Positions 8,928 through 19,080 of a DNA stretch of 64,000 bases are shown piece by piece; position 1 is the first letter of the stretch; each line of letters opens with the position of its first letter. The notes under the pieces are model-generated. The model saw only the letters and a list, made by a program, of their open reading frames with translations. It did not search any database and was not told the DNA's origin. Position numbers and translations under genes: made by a program. Source of the DNA: Rhodobacterales bacterium (lineage in GTDB: Bacteria; Pseudomonadota; Alphaproteobacteria; Rhodobacterales; Rhodobacteraceae); assembly GCA_031425325.1 (NCBI GenBank), contig JANPJD010000064.1:15940-79939 (forward strand). Direction: 5' to 3'.

Positions 8928-11120
8928 ATGATGGGTCTTGAGAAGAACAGGCGACCCCCGCTGGTCGCAGAACGCCGCCATATCGCCCGGACCGAAGGGC
9001 CGGCGGCGGGCGGCAAGAAGCCCCCTGCCTCGCGCCCCCCCCGTCCCACCCGCCGTGGCCGGGCTGGCCCGCCCCGCGGACCGCTGGGCCGCCTTGTCCA
9101 CTTCGTGTGGCGGCTGGTCTGGGGCGTCACCTGGCGCGTCGGCGCGGTCGTCGGCATGATCCTGGCCTGCGCGGTCTTCTACTTCTACGTCAAGCTCCCC
9201 GATGTGACGGCCCTGCTCGACGCGCGCGCGCGGGGCTCGGTCACGCTCCTTGACCGCGAGGGCGAAGTCTTTGCCTGGCGGGGCGAGACATTCGGCGGTC
9301 AGATCGATGCCGCCAACGTCTCGGAGTATCTTCGCAACGCGGTCGTCGCGACCGAGGACAGACGCTTCTTCTGGCATCTCGGGATTAGTCCGCGCGGCAT
9401 CCTGGGCGCAATCCGCATCAACCTGGCCGAGGGTCGCGGCCCGCTCGAGGGCAACGGCGGATCGACCATCACACAGCAGGTGGCCAAGCTTCTCTGTCTC
9501 GGCGTGCCCTACGATCCGGCGGCCTGGAAGTCCGAGGCGGACTACGAGGCGGACTGCCGTCGGGGCGGCCTGATGCGGAAGGTCAAGGAGATGCCTTACG
9601 CCTTCGCGCTCGAGGCGAAGTATTCCAAGAACGAGATCCTCACGATCTATCTCAACCGGGCCTATCTTGGCGCCGGTGCGCGCGGCTTCGAGGCCGCGGC
9701 CCAGCGCTATTTCGGCAAGTCGGCGAACGAAGTCGGCCCGGCCGAGGCGGCGATGCTGGCGGGGCTGTTGAAGGCGCCGTCCTTCTATGCGCCGACCAAC
9801 AATCTTGAGCGGGCGCGCGAGCGGGCGAATGTCATCATCGGCCTGATGCAGGACCAGCGCTACCTGACCACAGCCGAGGCGGACGAGGCCCGCGCCAATC
9901 CAGCTCAGCTTTCGGCGGCGGCGGCGGCGCGGTCGGGCGGCTTTTTCGCCGACTGGGTGATGGAATCGGGCCCCGCCTTCCTGACGCGCGATACCACCGA
10001 GGATGTCATCATCCGCACGACGCTGGACCAGCGCCTTCAGAAGGCGGCCGAAAGTGCTTTGGCCGATGTCTTCGCGACCAAGGTCAAGGGCGGCTCCAAG
10101 GCGCAGGCGGCCATCGTGGTGATGTCGGCGGATGGCGCGGTGCGCGCGATGGTCGGGGGGCGCAACATCGAGGCTGCCGGCTCTTTCAACCGCGCCACAC
10201 AGGCGCTCCGCCAGACCGGTTCGGCCTTCAAGCCCTTCGTCTATGCGGCGGCGCTGGACCTTGGCTACTCGGCGGCGGACTATGTCGAGGACTCGCCGCT
10301 GACCATCGACATTCCCGGCTCGGGCCCCTGGTCGCCGCAGAACTACGACAAAAAGTATCGTGGCATCGTCACATTGACCCAAGCCCTTGCCGAGTCCCTG
10401 AATACCGCCGCCGTCCGGGTGTCAGAGGCAGCCGGGCGCGACCTCGTTCGCAACGTGGCCGCCGATTTCGGGCTTCGCAGCGACGACATGGCGGCGGGAC
10501 CGGCGCTTGCGCTCGGGGCGTCGGAATCGACGCTGATCGACATGACGGGGGCCTATGCCGGCATCCTCAACGGCGGCTCTTCCGTGCACCCCTACGGGTT
10601 GGTTGAATTGCGCCTGCAAGGCGAAGAAGAGCCGCTGATGGGCCAGGAAGGCGGCCTAGGCGAGCGGGTCATCTCGGAACGCTCGGCGCAAGAGCTGACC
10701 TACATGCTGACCCAGGTCGTACAGGTCGGGACCGGTGGCCGCGCGGCCCTGCCCGACCGCGAGGTGGCGGGCAAGACAGGCACCACGCAGGCCGCGCGCG
10801 ACGCCTGGTTCGTGGGCTTCTCGGCCGATTACGTCGCGGGCGTCTGGATGGGCTACGACGACAACACGCCCCTCAGCGGCGTAACCGGCGGCGGACTGCC
10901 TGCCGAGATCTGGCACGAGGTGATGCTGCGCGTCCACGAAGGCGTGCCGCCACGTCCGCTGCCCAAGATCATCCCCGAGCCTCGCGTCCCGCCGACGGCA
11001 CAAGGCCAGGGGCAATACACAGCGTCCTCGGATTTTCCCCAGCAGAACGCGCCGACGGACGAACCTGATCTCGCCGAGCGCATCTTGCGCGACGTGCTCG
11101 GCGCGTTCGGCGGCAACTGA
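8928..11120 (+). CDS. Class A penicillin-binding protein (bifunctional GT51 transglycosylase/transpeptidase, PBP1A family)
   Basis: RNAVVATEDRRFFWHLGISPRGILGA...GGSTITQQVAKLL (GT51 motifs), SAFKPFVYAAAL (SxxK) and KTGTTQ (KTG). The N-terminal cytoplasmic tail is Arg/Pro-rich. Confidence 0.9.
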   Translation: MMGLEKNRRPPLVAERRHIARTEGPAAGGKKPPASRPPRPTRRGRAGPPRGPLGRLVHFVWRLVWGVTWRVGAVVGMILACAVFYFYVKLPDVTALLDARARGSVTLLDREGEVFAWRGETFGGQIDAANVSEYLRNAVVATEDRRFFWHLGISPRGILGAIRINLAEGRGPLEGNGGSTITQQVAKLLCLGVPYDPAAWKSEADYEADCRRGGLMRKVKEMPYAFALEAKYSKNEILTIYLNRAYLGAGARGFEAAAQRYFGKSANEVGPAEAAMLAGLLKAPSFYAPTNNLERARERANVIIGLMQDQRYLTTAEADEARANPAQLSAAAAARSGGFFADWVMESGPAFLTRDTTEDVIIRTTLDQRLQKAAESALADVFATKVKGGSKAQAAIVVMSADGAVRAMVGGRNIEAAGSFNRATQALRQTGSAFKPFVYAAALDLGYSAADYVEDSPLTIDIPGSGPWSPQNYDKKYRGIVTLTQALAESLNTAAVRVSEAAGRDLVRNVAADFGLRSDDMAAGPALALGASESTLIDMTGAYAGILNGGSSVHPYGLVELRLQGEEEPLMGQEGGLGERVISERSAQELTYMLTQVVQVGTGGRAALPDREVAGKTGTTQAARDAWFVGFSADYVAGVWMGYDDNTPLSGVTGGGLPAEIWHEVMLRVHEGVPPRPLPKIIPEPRVPPTAQGQGQYTASSDFPQQNAPTDEPDLAERILRDVLGAFGGN

Positions 11121-11125
11121 GCGCG

Positions 11126-11731
11126 TCAGGTCGAGGCGAGAACCTGTGATAGGGCGTCGATATCGCCCCTCTGGCGATCCAGAAGCGCGCCGATCTCGGC
11201 CCGCTCGGACGCCAGAAGGTTCACGCCTTCCATCACGATGTTGAAGAACAGCAGACGACCGGACCTGTCGGACACCTGAAAACGCAGATCGAACGGGGCG
11301 TCCCCGGGCAGGTAGGCCGTCGTGATCACTTCGAAATAGCTCTTGATGGGACGGGCATCGACGACCTCGATCCGCCCGCCGATGAACTCGCGGAAGCGGC
11401 GTCCATATTTGCGCGAGATGTAGCCTTGGAAGGCGCGGGTGAAGGTCTGCAACTGTGCGGGCGAAGCCTGGCGCGCCGCTGGCCCAAGCACGGACCGGGC
11501 GATGACCGGAACGTCGGAATAGCGCACGAAGATCGCCTCGAACTGGTTCAACATCTGGGCTTCGGACCCGCCCGAGTTGATGACACCGTTCACCTCGGCC
11601 ACCACGGTGTCGATCAGGGCGCGCGACTGCGCCACGTCAAGCGCCCAGGCCGCCCGGGCCATCGGCGTCAGCATGGCGAGCGCTGCAAGTCCGCAGCCGA
11701 TCACCTGCCTGCGTGAAAGGTTACTGGCCAT
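11126..11731 (-). CDS. mlaC: MlaC/Ttg2D-family periplasmic phospholipid-binding protein
   Basis: MASNLSRRQVIGCGLAALAMLTPMARAAWA (twin-arginine-like signal), then VPVIARSVLGPAARQASPAQLQTFTRAFQGYISRKYG...FFNIVMEGVNLLASERAE. Confidence 0.75.
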   Translation of the reverse strand: MASNLSRRQVIGCGLAALAMLTPMARAAWALDVAQSRALIDTVVAEVNGVINSGGSEAQMLNQFEAIFVRYSDVPVIARSVLGPAARQASPAQLQTFTRAFQGYISRKYGRRFREFIGGRIEVVDARPIKSYFEVITTAYLPGDAPFDLRFQVSDRSGRLLFFNIVMEGVNLLASERAEIGALLDRQRGDIDALSQVLAST

Positions 11732-12494
11732 TGAAGTCCTCATAAGGGTCGATGAACGACTCGTCCGAGTCCGCCGTCTGACCAAGCTCGAACCGACGGT
11801 TCTGAAGGTAGAGCAGCCTCAACTGGGCGTAACTGTCGGCACTTTCATACAGGATCGAGTCGACGGTTTCGCTATATTGGTAGCGTCGTCCAAGGCCCGC
11901 AAGGATTTGCACCCCGGTCGACGCGTTGGCCTCGGCTGTCGGCAGGACGTAGCGCATCGGATCGAGGGCAATGTCCATCACAAGGCCCACCGTGTCACGT
12001 CCGGTCGAAGGGCCGGCAAGGGGAAGCTCGATGTAGGGCCCCTCTCCGACGCCCCAGACGTGCAGCGTCTCGCCGAACCCGGTGCGCTTGCCGGCGATTC
12101 CGAGTTCGGTCGCGGGGTCCAGCAACCCACCAATCCCGACTGTCGTGTTCACCACTAGCCGTGCGGTGTTCTCGAGCGCCGGGCCGGGGCGACCCTGAAG
12201 TACACTGTTCACGATGTCGGCCGGCAAGCCGAGGTTGAGCGCGAAGTTGTTGATCCCCGTGCGGACCGGACCGGGGGCCGTTCCCCCATAGCCGAAGGCG
12301 GACGGGCGCAGGACATTGCGGTCGAAGGCCTTGTTGAATTCGTGCGTCCGGCGGTTCGCAGCCTCGAAGGGGTCCATGTCGGACGGAGGCGGTGCCGCGC
12401 ACCCGGCGACAAGCGCCAGCGAAACCGCCAGAACAGCCAGAAGGCGACGGTTCTTTGCGGGCCGTGCGGGGGCAGCGTTTCGGAGCATGGTCAT
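11721..12494 (-). CDS. mlaA: MlaA/VacJ-family outer-membrane lipoprotein
   Basis: LALVAGC lipobox, DPFEAANRRTHEFNKAFDRNVLRP, NNFALNLGLPADIVNSVLQG and VNTTVGIGGLLDPA. Overlaps the mlaC start by 11 nt. Confidence 0.85.
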   Translation of the reverse strand: MTMLRNAAPARPAKNRRLLAVLAVSLALVAGCAAPPPSDMDPFEAANRRTHEFNKAFDRNVLRPSAFGYGGTAPGPVRTGINNFALNLGLPADIVNSVLQGRPGPALENTARLVVNTTVGIGGLLDPATELGIAGKRTGFGETLHVWGVGEGPYIELPLAGPSTGRDTVGLVMDIALDPMRYVLPTAEANASTGVQILAGLGRRYQYSETVDSILYESADSYAQLRLLYLQNRRFELGQTADSDESFIDPYEDFNGQ

Positions 12495-12682
12495 CCGGCT
12501 GTTCTCGTTGTCGGCCTTCCAGAGATAACTCCGGTCGCGGAATGGCAACCCACAACCGGACCTGCGGCGTCACGATCCGGCGACCGTGCCCCTGGGGCCA
12601 CCCCTTTCCGGGCCGCGCCGCTTGCTTGCGGCGGCGTCGCGCTGCGCGTAGCCTTGGATTTGTGCATATCGGAGGACTATCC

Positions 12683-13141
12683 GTGATCGAAGCCCGCCTC
12701 GCCGAGCTTGGCGTCACCCTGCCCGACGCGCCTGCGCCGGCCGCCAACTATGTGCCTTTCGTCGTGACCGGCACGCATGTCCACGTCTCGGGCCAAATCA
12801 GCCAGGACGAGACCGGTATGATTCGCGGCCGCCTCGGGGATGGGATGGAGATCGAAGCAGGGGCCGCCGCCGCGCGGCGCTGTGCCATCAGCCTGCTCGC
12901 CCAGGTCCGCAACGCCTGCGGCGGCGACCTTGGCCGGCTCGTCCGGGTGGTCAAGCTGACGGGGTTCGTGAACTCCACCCCGGATTTCGTCGACCAGCCC
13001 AAGGTGATCAACGGCGCGTCGGACTTCCTTGTCGCGGTTTTGGGCGATGCAGGGCGGCATGCGCGGTCGGCCGTGTCGGCGGCCAGCCTGCCGTTCGGCG
13101 TTGCGGTCGAGATCGAAGGACTATTCGAGATCCGCCCGTGA
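12683..13141 (+). CDS. RidA/YjgF-family protein
   Basis: GGAGGA SD before GTG 12683. VIEARLAELGVTLPDAPAPAANYVPFVVTGTHVHVSGQ...RSAVSAASLPFGVAVEIEGLFEI. Confidence 0.85.
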   Translation: MIEARLAELGVTLPDAPAPAANYVPFVVTGTHVHVSGQISQDETGMIRGRLGDGMEIEAGAAAARRCAISLLAQVRNACGGDLGRLVRVVKLTGFVNSTPDFVDQPKVINGASDFLVAVLGDAGRHARSAVSAASLPFGVAVEIEGLFEIRP

Positions 13142-13917
13142 GCGCTTCGATCGCGCCGCTGCCGCCTGCGTTCCTGACCACCCCGGTCGCGCATCGCGCC
13201 CTGCACGACCTTGCGCGCGCGCGGCCCGAGAACTCGCGTGCCGCCGTCCGGGCGGCGGTCGCCCAAGGCTATGCGATCGAGATCGACGTGCAGCTTTCGG
13301 CCGATGGCGAGGCGATGGTTTTCCACGACGAGACGCTCGAGCGACTGACTTTGGAATGTGGTCCGGTGCTGGGGCGCACCGCGGCCGCGCTCGGACGGAT
13401 CGCGCTCTGCCAGACCGACGAGACGATCCCGACGCTCGCCGAAATCCTGTCGCTGATCGACGGGCAGGTGCCGTTGCTGATCGAGATCAAGGACCAGACC
13501 GGCGGCATGGCCCCGACCGACGGTCGGCTCGAGGCGGCGACGGCCCGCGCTCTGGCGGACTACGCTGGCCCCGTCGCCGTGATGTCGTTCAATCCGCATG
13601 CGATGGCCGCGATGGCGCGCCTTGCCCCGAAGGTTCCGCGCGGTCTGACGACCTCGGCCTATGACCCCGATGCCTGGGCGCCCCTGGAGCCCGTGGTCTG
13701 CGAGCGGCTGCGCGAGATCCCGGATTACGAGCGTGTCGGCGCGACCTTCGTTTCGCACGAAGCGTCCGATCTGGCCCGCCCCCGCGTCCTCGCGCTCAAG
13801 GCGGCGGGGGCCGCGATCCTCTGCTGGACGATCCGCTCGCCCACCGCCGAGGCGATCGCCCGGCGGGTCGCGCACAACATCACCTTCGAGGGCTACTCCG
13901 CAGCCCGTCCGGGTTGA
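13138..13917 (+). CDS. Glycerophosphodiester phosphodiesterase family protein
   Basis: VAHRALHD...RPENSRAAVRAAVAQGYAIEIDVQLSADGEAMVFHDETLERLT. GTGA overlap with the upstream stop. Confidence 0.85.
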   Translation: MSASIAPLPPAFLTTPVAHRALHDLARARPENSRAAVRAAVAQGYAIEIDVQLSADGEAMVFHDETLERLTLECGPVLGRTAAALGRIALCQTDETIPTLAEILSLIDGQVPLLIEIKDQTGGMAPTDGRLEAATARALADYAGPVAVMSFNPHAMAAMARLAPKVPRGLTTSAYDPDAWAPLEPVVCERLREIPDYERVGATFVSHEASDLARPRVLALKAAGAAILCWTIRSPTAEAIARRVAHNITFEGYSAARPG

Positions 13918-13971
13918 CCCCGCGCCGCGCCGAGCCACCTCTTGCGCGACCCTGATGCCCCGGAACACCCG

Positions 13972-15171
13972 ATGCGCCCCGACCTGCCCTCTGCCGAGAT
14001 CGAAGTGACGGTCCATGCCGCCTTCTCCGAGATCGCAGCGGACGAGTGGGACGCCATCGCCTGTCCCGAGACAGCCGACGGGGGCCGCCCGGTCGATCCC
14101 TTCACCACACACCGCTTCCTGTCCGCGCTGGAACGCTCGGGCTCGACAGGGGTGGGGACGGGCTGGCAGGCGCGGCCGCTCGTCGCCCGGCTGGACGGGC
14201 AGGCAATCGCGGCGGCCCCGCTTTACGCCAAGGGGCACAGCCAGGGCGAGTACATCTTCGACCACAACTGGGCCGACGCCTGGCAGCGCGCGGGCGGGCG
14301 TTATTATCCCAAACTTCAGATCGCCGTGCCCTTCACGCCCGCAACGGGACGCCGGCTGCTGACCGCGCCCGGGCACGAACGCGACGGCGCGTCCGCCCTG
14401 ATCGCCGCCGCAATGCGGCTGGCCGAGACGAACGGGCTGTCTTCGCTGCATGTGACCTTCTGCACCGAGGCCGAGGCGGACCGGGCCGAAGCGCTCGGCC
14501 TGATGCGCCGAACGACGCAGCAGTTCCACTGGGAGAATGACGGCTACGGCAGCTATGCGGATTTTCTGGCGCAACTGTCCTCCCGCAAGCGCAAGGCCCT
14601 TCGCAAGGAGCGCGCCGTTGCCCAAGCCTTCGGCGGCACGATCAACGCGCTGACGGGCGACGCGATCCAGCCGCATCACTGGGACAGCTTCTGGCGTTTC
14701 TATCAGGACACCGGGGCCCGGAAATGGGGCACACCCTATCTGACCCGCCGCGCTTTCGACGAATTCCACGCGACGATGCGCGACGACATGCTTCTGGTGC
14801 TTGCGGAACGCGACGGGCGCGCCGTGGCGGGGGCGCTCAACTTCATTGGGCGGCAGACGCTCTACGGTCGGTACTGGGGCTGCATCGAGGAGCACCCCTT
14901 CCTGCATTTCGAGCTTTGCTACCACCAGGCGATCGACTGGGCCATCGCGCAGGGCCTCGACCGGGTCGAGGCGGGGGCGCAGGGCGAACACAAGCTGGCA
15001 CGCGGCTATTTGCCGGTGCCGGTCCACTCGATGCACTGGATGGCCGATCCGGGCTTTGCAAATGCGGTCGCACGGTATCTTGAAGCCGAGCGCGAGGCAG
15101 TCACCGACGAGATCGAGGTGCTGACCGCCTATGGCCCCTTCCGCCGGTCCGATCACGCCGAGGCGCAATAG
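13972..15171 (+). CDS. GNAT/FemAB-like N-acetyltransferase (DUF482/COG3146 type)
   Basis: DPFTTHRFLSALERSGS...APLYAKGHSQGEYIFDHNWADAWQRAGGRYYPKLQIAVPFTPATG...ALNFIGRQTLYGRYWG. Confidence 0.7.
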   Translation: MRPDLPSAEIEVTVHAAFSEIAADEWDAIACPETADGGRPVDPFTTHRFLSALERSGSTGVGTGWQARPLVARLDGQAIAAAPLYAKGHSQGEYIFDHNWADAWQRAGGRYYPKLQIAVPFTPATGRRLLTAPGHERDGASALIAAAMRLAETNGLSSLHVTFCTEAEADRAEALGLMRRTTQQFHWENDGYGSYADFLAQLSSRKRKALRKERAVAQAFGGTINALTGDAIQPHHWDSFWRFYQDTGARKWGTPYLTRRAFDEFHATMRDDMLLVLAERDGRAVAGALNFIGRQTLYGRYWGCIEEHPFLHFELCYHQAIDWAIAQGLDRVEAGAQGEHKLARGYLPVPVHSMHWMADPGFANAVARYLEAEREAVTDEIEVLTAYGPFRRSDHAEAQ

Positions 15172-15362
15172 GCGCGCATCCCTGCGAAGGCGGCCAATCT
15201 AATGCGACTGGTGCGCGTGCCGGGGCCGCTCTGCTCCTGTCATCGGCGAGGTTCGCTTCGTGGCCCCGCGTTGTTCCGCAAGACCCTCGCATGTCATGCC
15301 CCGTGCCTGCGGCGCCCGGAGAAAAACGCAGGGTTAGGGGAAAACCCGTCCCGCCGAAGCCG

Positions 15363-15989
15363 TCAGATCAGGCCAAGCCTGCGGGCAGCGCCAAGCAGGT
15401 CCGTCTCGACGTGATGGGCAAAACGGCCGGACGCCGGAACGATGTCGGGGATCTGCACCACTGTCATCCCGGCGGCATGGGCCGATTGCGCGCCCGTCTC
15501 GCTGTCCTCGAAGGCCACGCAGCGCGCAGGATCGACGCCGAGAAGCCTGGCCGCCAACAGGTATGGTTCGGGCGCGGGCTTGGGGGCGGTCACGTCGTCG
15601 AAGGTGACGACATGCTCGAAATGCACGCCAAGGCCTGTCAGGGCGAGTTTGCTGTCCGCCTGCCGCCGGGTCGACGAGGTGGCAAGCGCCTTCGGCACGG
15701 TCAGCGTCTCGAGCAATTCGAGGCTGCCAACCTTGAGCGGAACACCGGTGTGCCAGTGGCGATAGATCGCCTCGGTCCAGGCAGCGGCATAGGCCCCCCG
15801 GTCGATCTGCGGATAGCGGGCAAGCACCATCTGCCCACCCGTCTCGTCGTCGACGCCGATCATGCTGTGCAGGAACGCGGGATCGACGTCGATCCCAAGG
15901 CTCGCGAAAGCCTCGATCCCGGCCGCCTGTGTCAGGCTCTCGCTGTCGATCAGCGTGCCGTCGAGGTCGAAGATAACGGCGTCGAACAT
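15363..15989 (-). CDS. HAD-superfamily hydrolase (beta-phosphoglucomutase-like phosphatase)
   Basis: MFDAVIFDLDGTLIDSE (DxDG motif), ...ATSS..., AFEDSETGAQSAHAAGM. GGAGAG SD before ATG 15989; an alternative ATG is at 16010. Confidence 0.85.
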   Translation of the reverse strand: MFDAVIFDLDGTLIDSESLTQAAGIEAFASLGIDVDPAFLHSMIGVDDETGGQMVLARYPQIDRGAYAAAWTEAIYRHWHTGVPLKVGSLELLETLTVPKALATSSTRRQADSKLALTGLGVHFEHVVTFDDVTAPKPAPEPYLLAARLLGVDPARCVAFEDSETGAQSAHAAGMTVVQIPDIVPASGRFAHHVETDLLGAARRLGLI

Positions 15990-16057
15990 GGGGCTCTCCG
16001 GGTTTGGCATGCGTGGGATTTAGTCGAACATGCCAGGCAGCGAAAGGTGCCGCATCT

Positions 16058-17917
16058 TCACAAGTGCAGTCGGAACCGGGCAAAGCCCCCCGGCGCGGGG
16101 CCGGCAGGCTCGGCCGGGATGGACAGCGCGCGAAGATGTGCCGCCGCGCGCGGCGAGGTTTCGTAAAGGACGCTCGTCCCGGCGAGGCGCGCGAAAGTCC
16201 AGGCGGGGATCGGATCGGGACAAACCTCGGCCCGCGCCGCGATGTGGTCGCGCAGGACATCCCGGATCAGATCGACGCCGGTCAGGACGACCTCGACGTT
16301 GGAAAGCGCAGGGGCGCGGTAACTGTTGGTCGCGACTATGAATACATCCTGCGGCTGGACCGGACGGCCATTCCAGGCGAGATCGCGGATGCGGGCGGGG
16401 CCAGCGCCGCCCGGCCCGCAGGACAGATCGACCTGCCAGGTCACCCCGTGGATCACGTCGAACTGCGACGGGGCAATGTCGGGGTCGATCAGCGGCTGAT
16501 CCGCCTCGCCCGGACGGATGACGCGGAAGATGCTGGCCGCCCGCTCCAGCCAGTCGAAAAGCTGCGCTCCGGTCACGCGGACGGCCCGGATGACGTTCGG
16601 ATAGGGATAAAGGTCTGCCACGCCGCGCAGCTGGATGCCGCCAGGCTCCACGTCCGAATAGTGGTCCGGGCCGCCCCGTCCCCCCAGCTTGAACGGGGCC
16701 GCCGCCGACAGGATCGGCAATCCGGCATGTGCCGTGCCTTTCAGCCGGGCTGCGACGTGCTCTTGCTGGGCATCGGCGATCAGACGCAAGGCGCGGTTGC
16801 CCGGCAGGAGGCCGAAGAAGGTGTTCAGCGCACAAGCCGTTCGGCCGACCGGACGGCGGATGTAGCGCAGCGTACTGAGATGCGCCGATGCCGTGGCCGC
16901 CTTGATCGAGCGCGCCGCATGGCTGGCGGGGCTTCGCGGCCTGGCCCCGGTCCGCAGCGCCGCAGTTCGCGACGCGGCAAGCGACCACCCCTGGGCGGTC
17001 CGGTCAAGCAGCAGGTCGATCACGCCGACATGCGACCCGAAGCAGCCGGGCATCACGGCAGGCTTGCCCCGCAACGCTCCCGCCCGCGCATCGACCCCGG
17101 CCAGCCCTTCGAAGGACGGTCCGGGAAAGACCAGATGGCTGTGCCCCAGCACGATCATGTCGATCCCGTCGATCGCGGCAAGCGCAAGTGCCGCGTTCTC
17201 CATCCCCTCGACCTGGCACGCGCCGCCGATACCCGAGTGGCACAGCGCCACGACCAGATCGAGGCCTTCGTCCCGTAGGCGTGGGACGAGACGTCGCGCC
17301 GTCGAGCAGATGTCATCCGCCTGCACCCGGCCGCGCAGCAGAGCCTCGTCCCAAACCATGATCTGCGGCGGCAGGAAACCGATCACGCCAAGCCTGACCG
17401 GATGCTCGCGACCGGTCCCGTCCTTCAGGACGCGGTCGAGCACCACATAGGGCGGCAGAACGGTCTGCCCGTCCGGTTCGTCGAGCCGGACGTTCGCGCA
17501 GACAATGGGAAAGTTCGCGCCTGCAAGGCTGCGCCACAGGAAAGGAAGGCCGTAGTTGAACTCGTGATTGCCCAGCGTCGCGGCGTCATAGCAAAGCGCG
17601 TTCATGGCAGCGATCATCGGGTGGGTGGCGCCGGTCCGAGGGGGCCGGATCGCGGCGAGGTCGCCCATCGGTGTGCCTTGCAGGAAATCGCCGTTGTCCA
17701 GGAGCAGCGTCGCAGCAGCCCCCGCCCGCAACTGCTCGATCAGGTCCGCGGCGCGCACCAGGCCCTGGCCCTCGGCTGGGCGATCCGCGTGATAGTCGTA
17801 AGGCAGAATATGAGTGTGAAGGTCGGTGGTCGCGATGATCCGCAGATGGGCCTGATCCTGGGTCTGATCGGGATAGGGCGATGGGTGCAACGAAGTCCTC
17901 GACCGGTGGATAGCCAT
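16058..17917 (-). CDS. Bifunctional 2',3'-cyclic-nucleotide phosphodiesterase/3'-nucleotidase-like metallophosphoesterase (5'-nucleotidase family)
   Basis: LRIIATTDLHTHILPYDY, LLLDNGDFLQGTP, TLGNHEFNYG and VALCHSGIG, followed by a C-terminal 5'-nucleotidase domain. Confidence 0.8.
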   Translation of the reverse strand: MAIHRSRTSLHPSPYPDQTQDQAHLRIIATTDLHTHILPYDYHADRPAEGQGLVRAADLIEQLRAGAAATLLLDNGDFLQGTPMGDLAAIRPPRTGATHPMIAAMNALCYDAATLGNHEFNYGLPFLWRSLAGANFPIVCANVRLDEPDGQTVLPPYVVLDRVLKDGTGREHPVRLGVIGFLPPQIMVWDEALLRGRVQADDICSTARRLVPRLRDEGLDLVVALCHSGIGGACQVEGMENAALALAAIDGIDMIVLGHSHLVFPGPSFEGLAGVDARAGALRGKPAVMPGCFGSHVGVIDLLLDRTAQGWSLAASRTAALRTGARPRSPASHAARSIKAATASAHLSTLRYIRRPVGRTACALNTFFGLLPGNRALRLIADAQQEHVAARLKGTAHAGLPILSAAAPFKLGGRGGPDHYSDVEPGGIQLRGVADLYPYPNVIRAVRVTGAQLFDWLERAASIFRVIRPGEADQPLIDPDIAPSQFDVIHGVTWQVDLSCGPGGAGPARIRDLAWNGRPVQPQDVFIVATNSYRAPALSNVEVVLTGVDLIRDVLRDHIAARAEVCPDPIPAWTFARLAGTSVLYETSPRAAAHLRALSIPAEPAGPAPGGFARFRLHL

Positions 17918-18096
17918 TCTGGGGGCCGTGTCAGACCCTACAGACCGCAGCGAGCCGGGGCCACTCGCCCCGGATGTTCCTGCCTTAATTGGTGCGCCCT
18001 TGAGTTGTATTTGCAACCTCGCTTGTCCCGACCCGCCGACTTGTCTGGACTTGCTCCGCCCTGATGGCAAAACGGGGACGGATCAGGGGCAAACAG

Positions 18097-19056
18097 ATGC
18101 GAATTGCGGAAAGCGTGACGTTCGGGGGCTCGGGCCTTGCGAGGATGGCCGAGCGGCGCGGCGATGCCGACGAGATCGCGCGGATGCTGACGGGCGGCCT
18201 CGTGCTGCCGGTGTGGCAGGGGAAGCCGTTGGTCAGCGGTGCCGAGACGGATGCCCTCGGGTGGTTGCCCGCCGGGCATCGGGCGCTGGCGATGGGCACG
18301 ACGACCGTCTTTCTGGGCGAGGACGACGGCACGCCCCGCTTTGCCTGCGACATCTCTGCATGGTCACCCGAGGCAGGGGCCGAGGCCGTCGAGGTAGGGT
18401 TCTTCGATCCGTCCGAGCAGCGGCATCCGGCGATCGGCGAGGACCATGCCTTCCTCGAATTGCGGGGCGTGATGACCCGCCTCTCGCCGCGCGAGGCGGA
18501 ACTGGCCGCGACAGCAAAGGCCGTCCTCGGCTGGCACAAAAGCCACGGGTTCTGTTCGGTCTGCGGCGCGGCCTCGGAACCCGCGGTGGGGGGGTGGCAG
18601 CGCAATTGCCCTGCCTGTGGCGCGCATCACTTCCCGCGCACGGACCCGGTCGTCATCATGCTGGTGACCCGCGGCAACTCTGTGCTTCTTGGCCGCTCTC
18701 CGGGATGGCCCGAGGGGATGTATTCGCTGCTCGCGGGCTTCATCGAGCCGGGCGAGACGATGGAAGCGGCTGTCCGGCGCGAAGTCCTCGAGGAGTCGGG
18801 CATCCGGATCGGCGCTGTTGGCTATCTGGCAAGCCAACCCTGGCCCTTTCCCGCCTCGCTGATGTTCGGCTGCCACGCGCAAGCCCTGTCCGAGACGATC
18901 ACCCTCGATCCGGTGGAACTCGAGGATGCGCTCTGGCTGACGCGCGAGGAGATGTCCGAGGTGATGGCAGGCGGCGATCCCCGCATCCGCGCACCGCGAG
19001 CCGGGGCCATCGCGCATTTCCTGCTGCAGGCCTGGCTTTCGGACCGGCTCGACTGA
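18097..19056 (+). CDS. nudC: NAD+ diphosphatase (NADH pyrophosphatase), Nudix family
   Basis: Zinc ribbon CSVCGAASEPAVGGWQRNCPACGAHHFPRTDP and Nudix box LLAGFIEPGETMEAAVRREVLEESGI. Confidence 0.9.
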   Translation: MRIAESVTFGGSGLARMAERRGDADEIARMLTGGLVLPVWQGKPLVSGAETDALGWLPAGHRALAMGTTTVFLGEDDGTPRFACDISAWSPEAGAEAVEVGFFDPSEQRHPAIGEDHAFLELRGVMTRLSPREAELAATAKAVLGWHKSHGFCSVCGAASEPAVGGWQRNCPACGAHHFPRTDPVVIMLVTRGNSVLLGRSPGWPEGMYSLLAGFIEPGETMEAAVRREVLEESGIRIGAVGYLASQPWPFPASLMFGCHAQALSETITLDPVELEDALWLTREEMSEVMAGGDPRIRAPRAGAIAHFLLQAWLSDRLD

Positions 19057-19080
19057 CACGTCCCAGACGAGGCGAGCGCC

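Noticed and set aside
12748-15168. 806-aa minus-strand ORF spanning three plus-strand genes
   Set aside because: It lies antisense to the RidA-like, GDPD and DUF482-type genes, which all have recognisable motifs. Its translation is Arg/Gly/Pro-rich with no domain-like segments.
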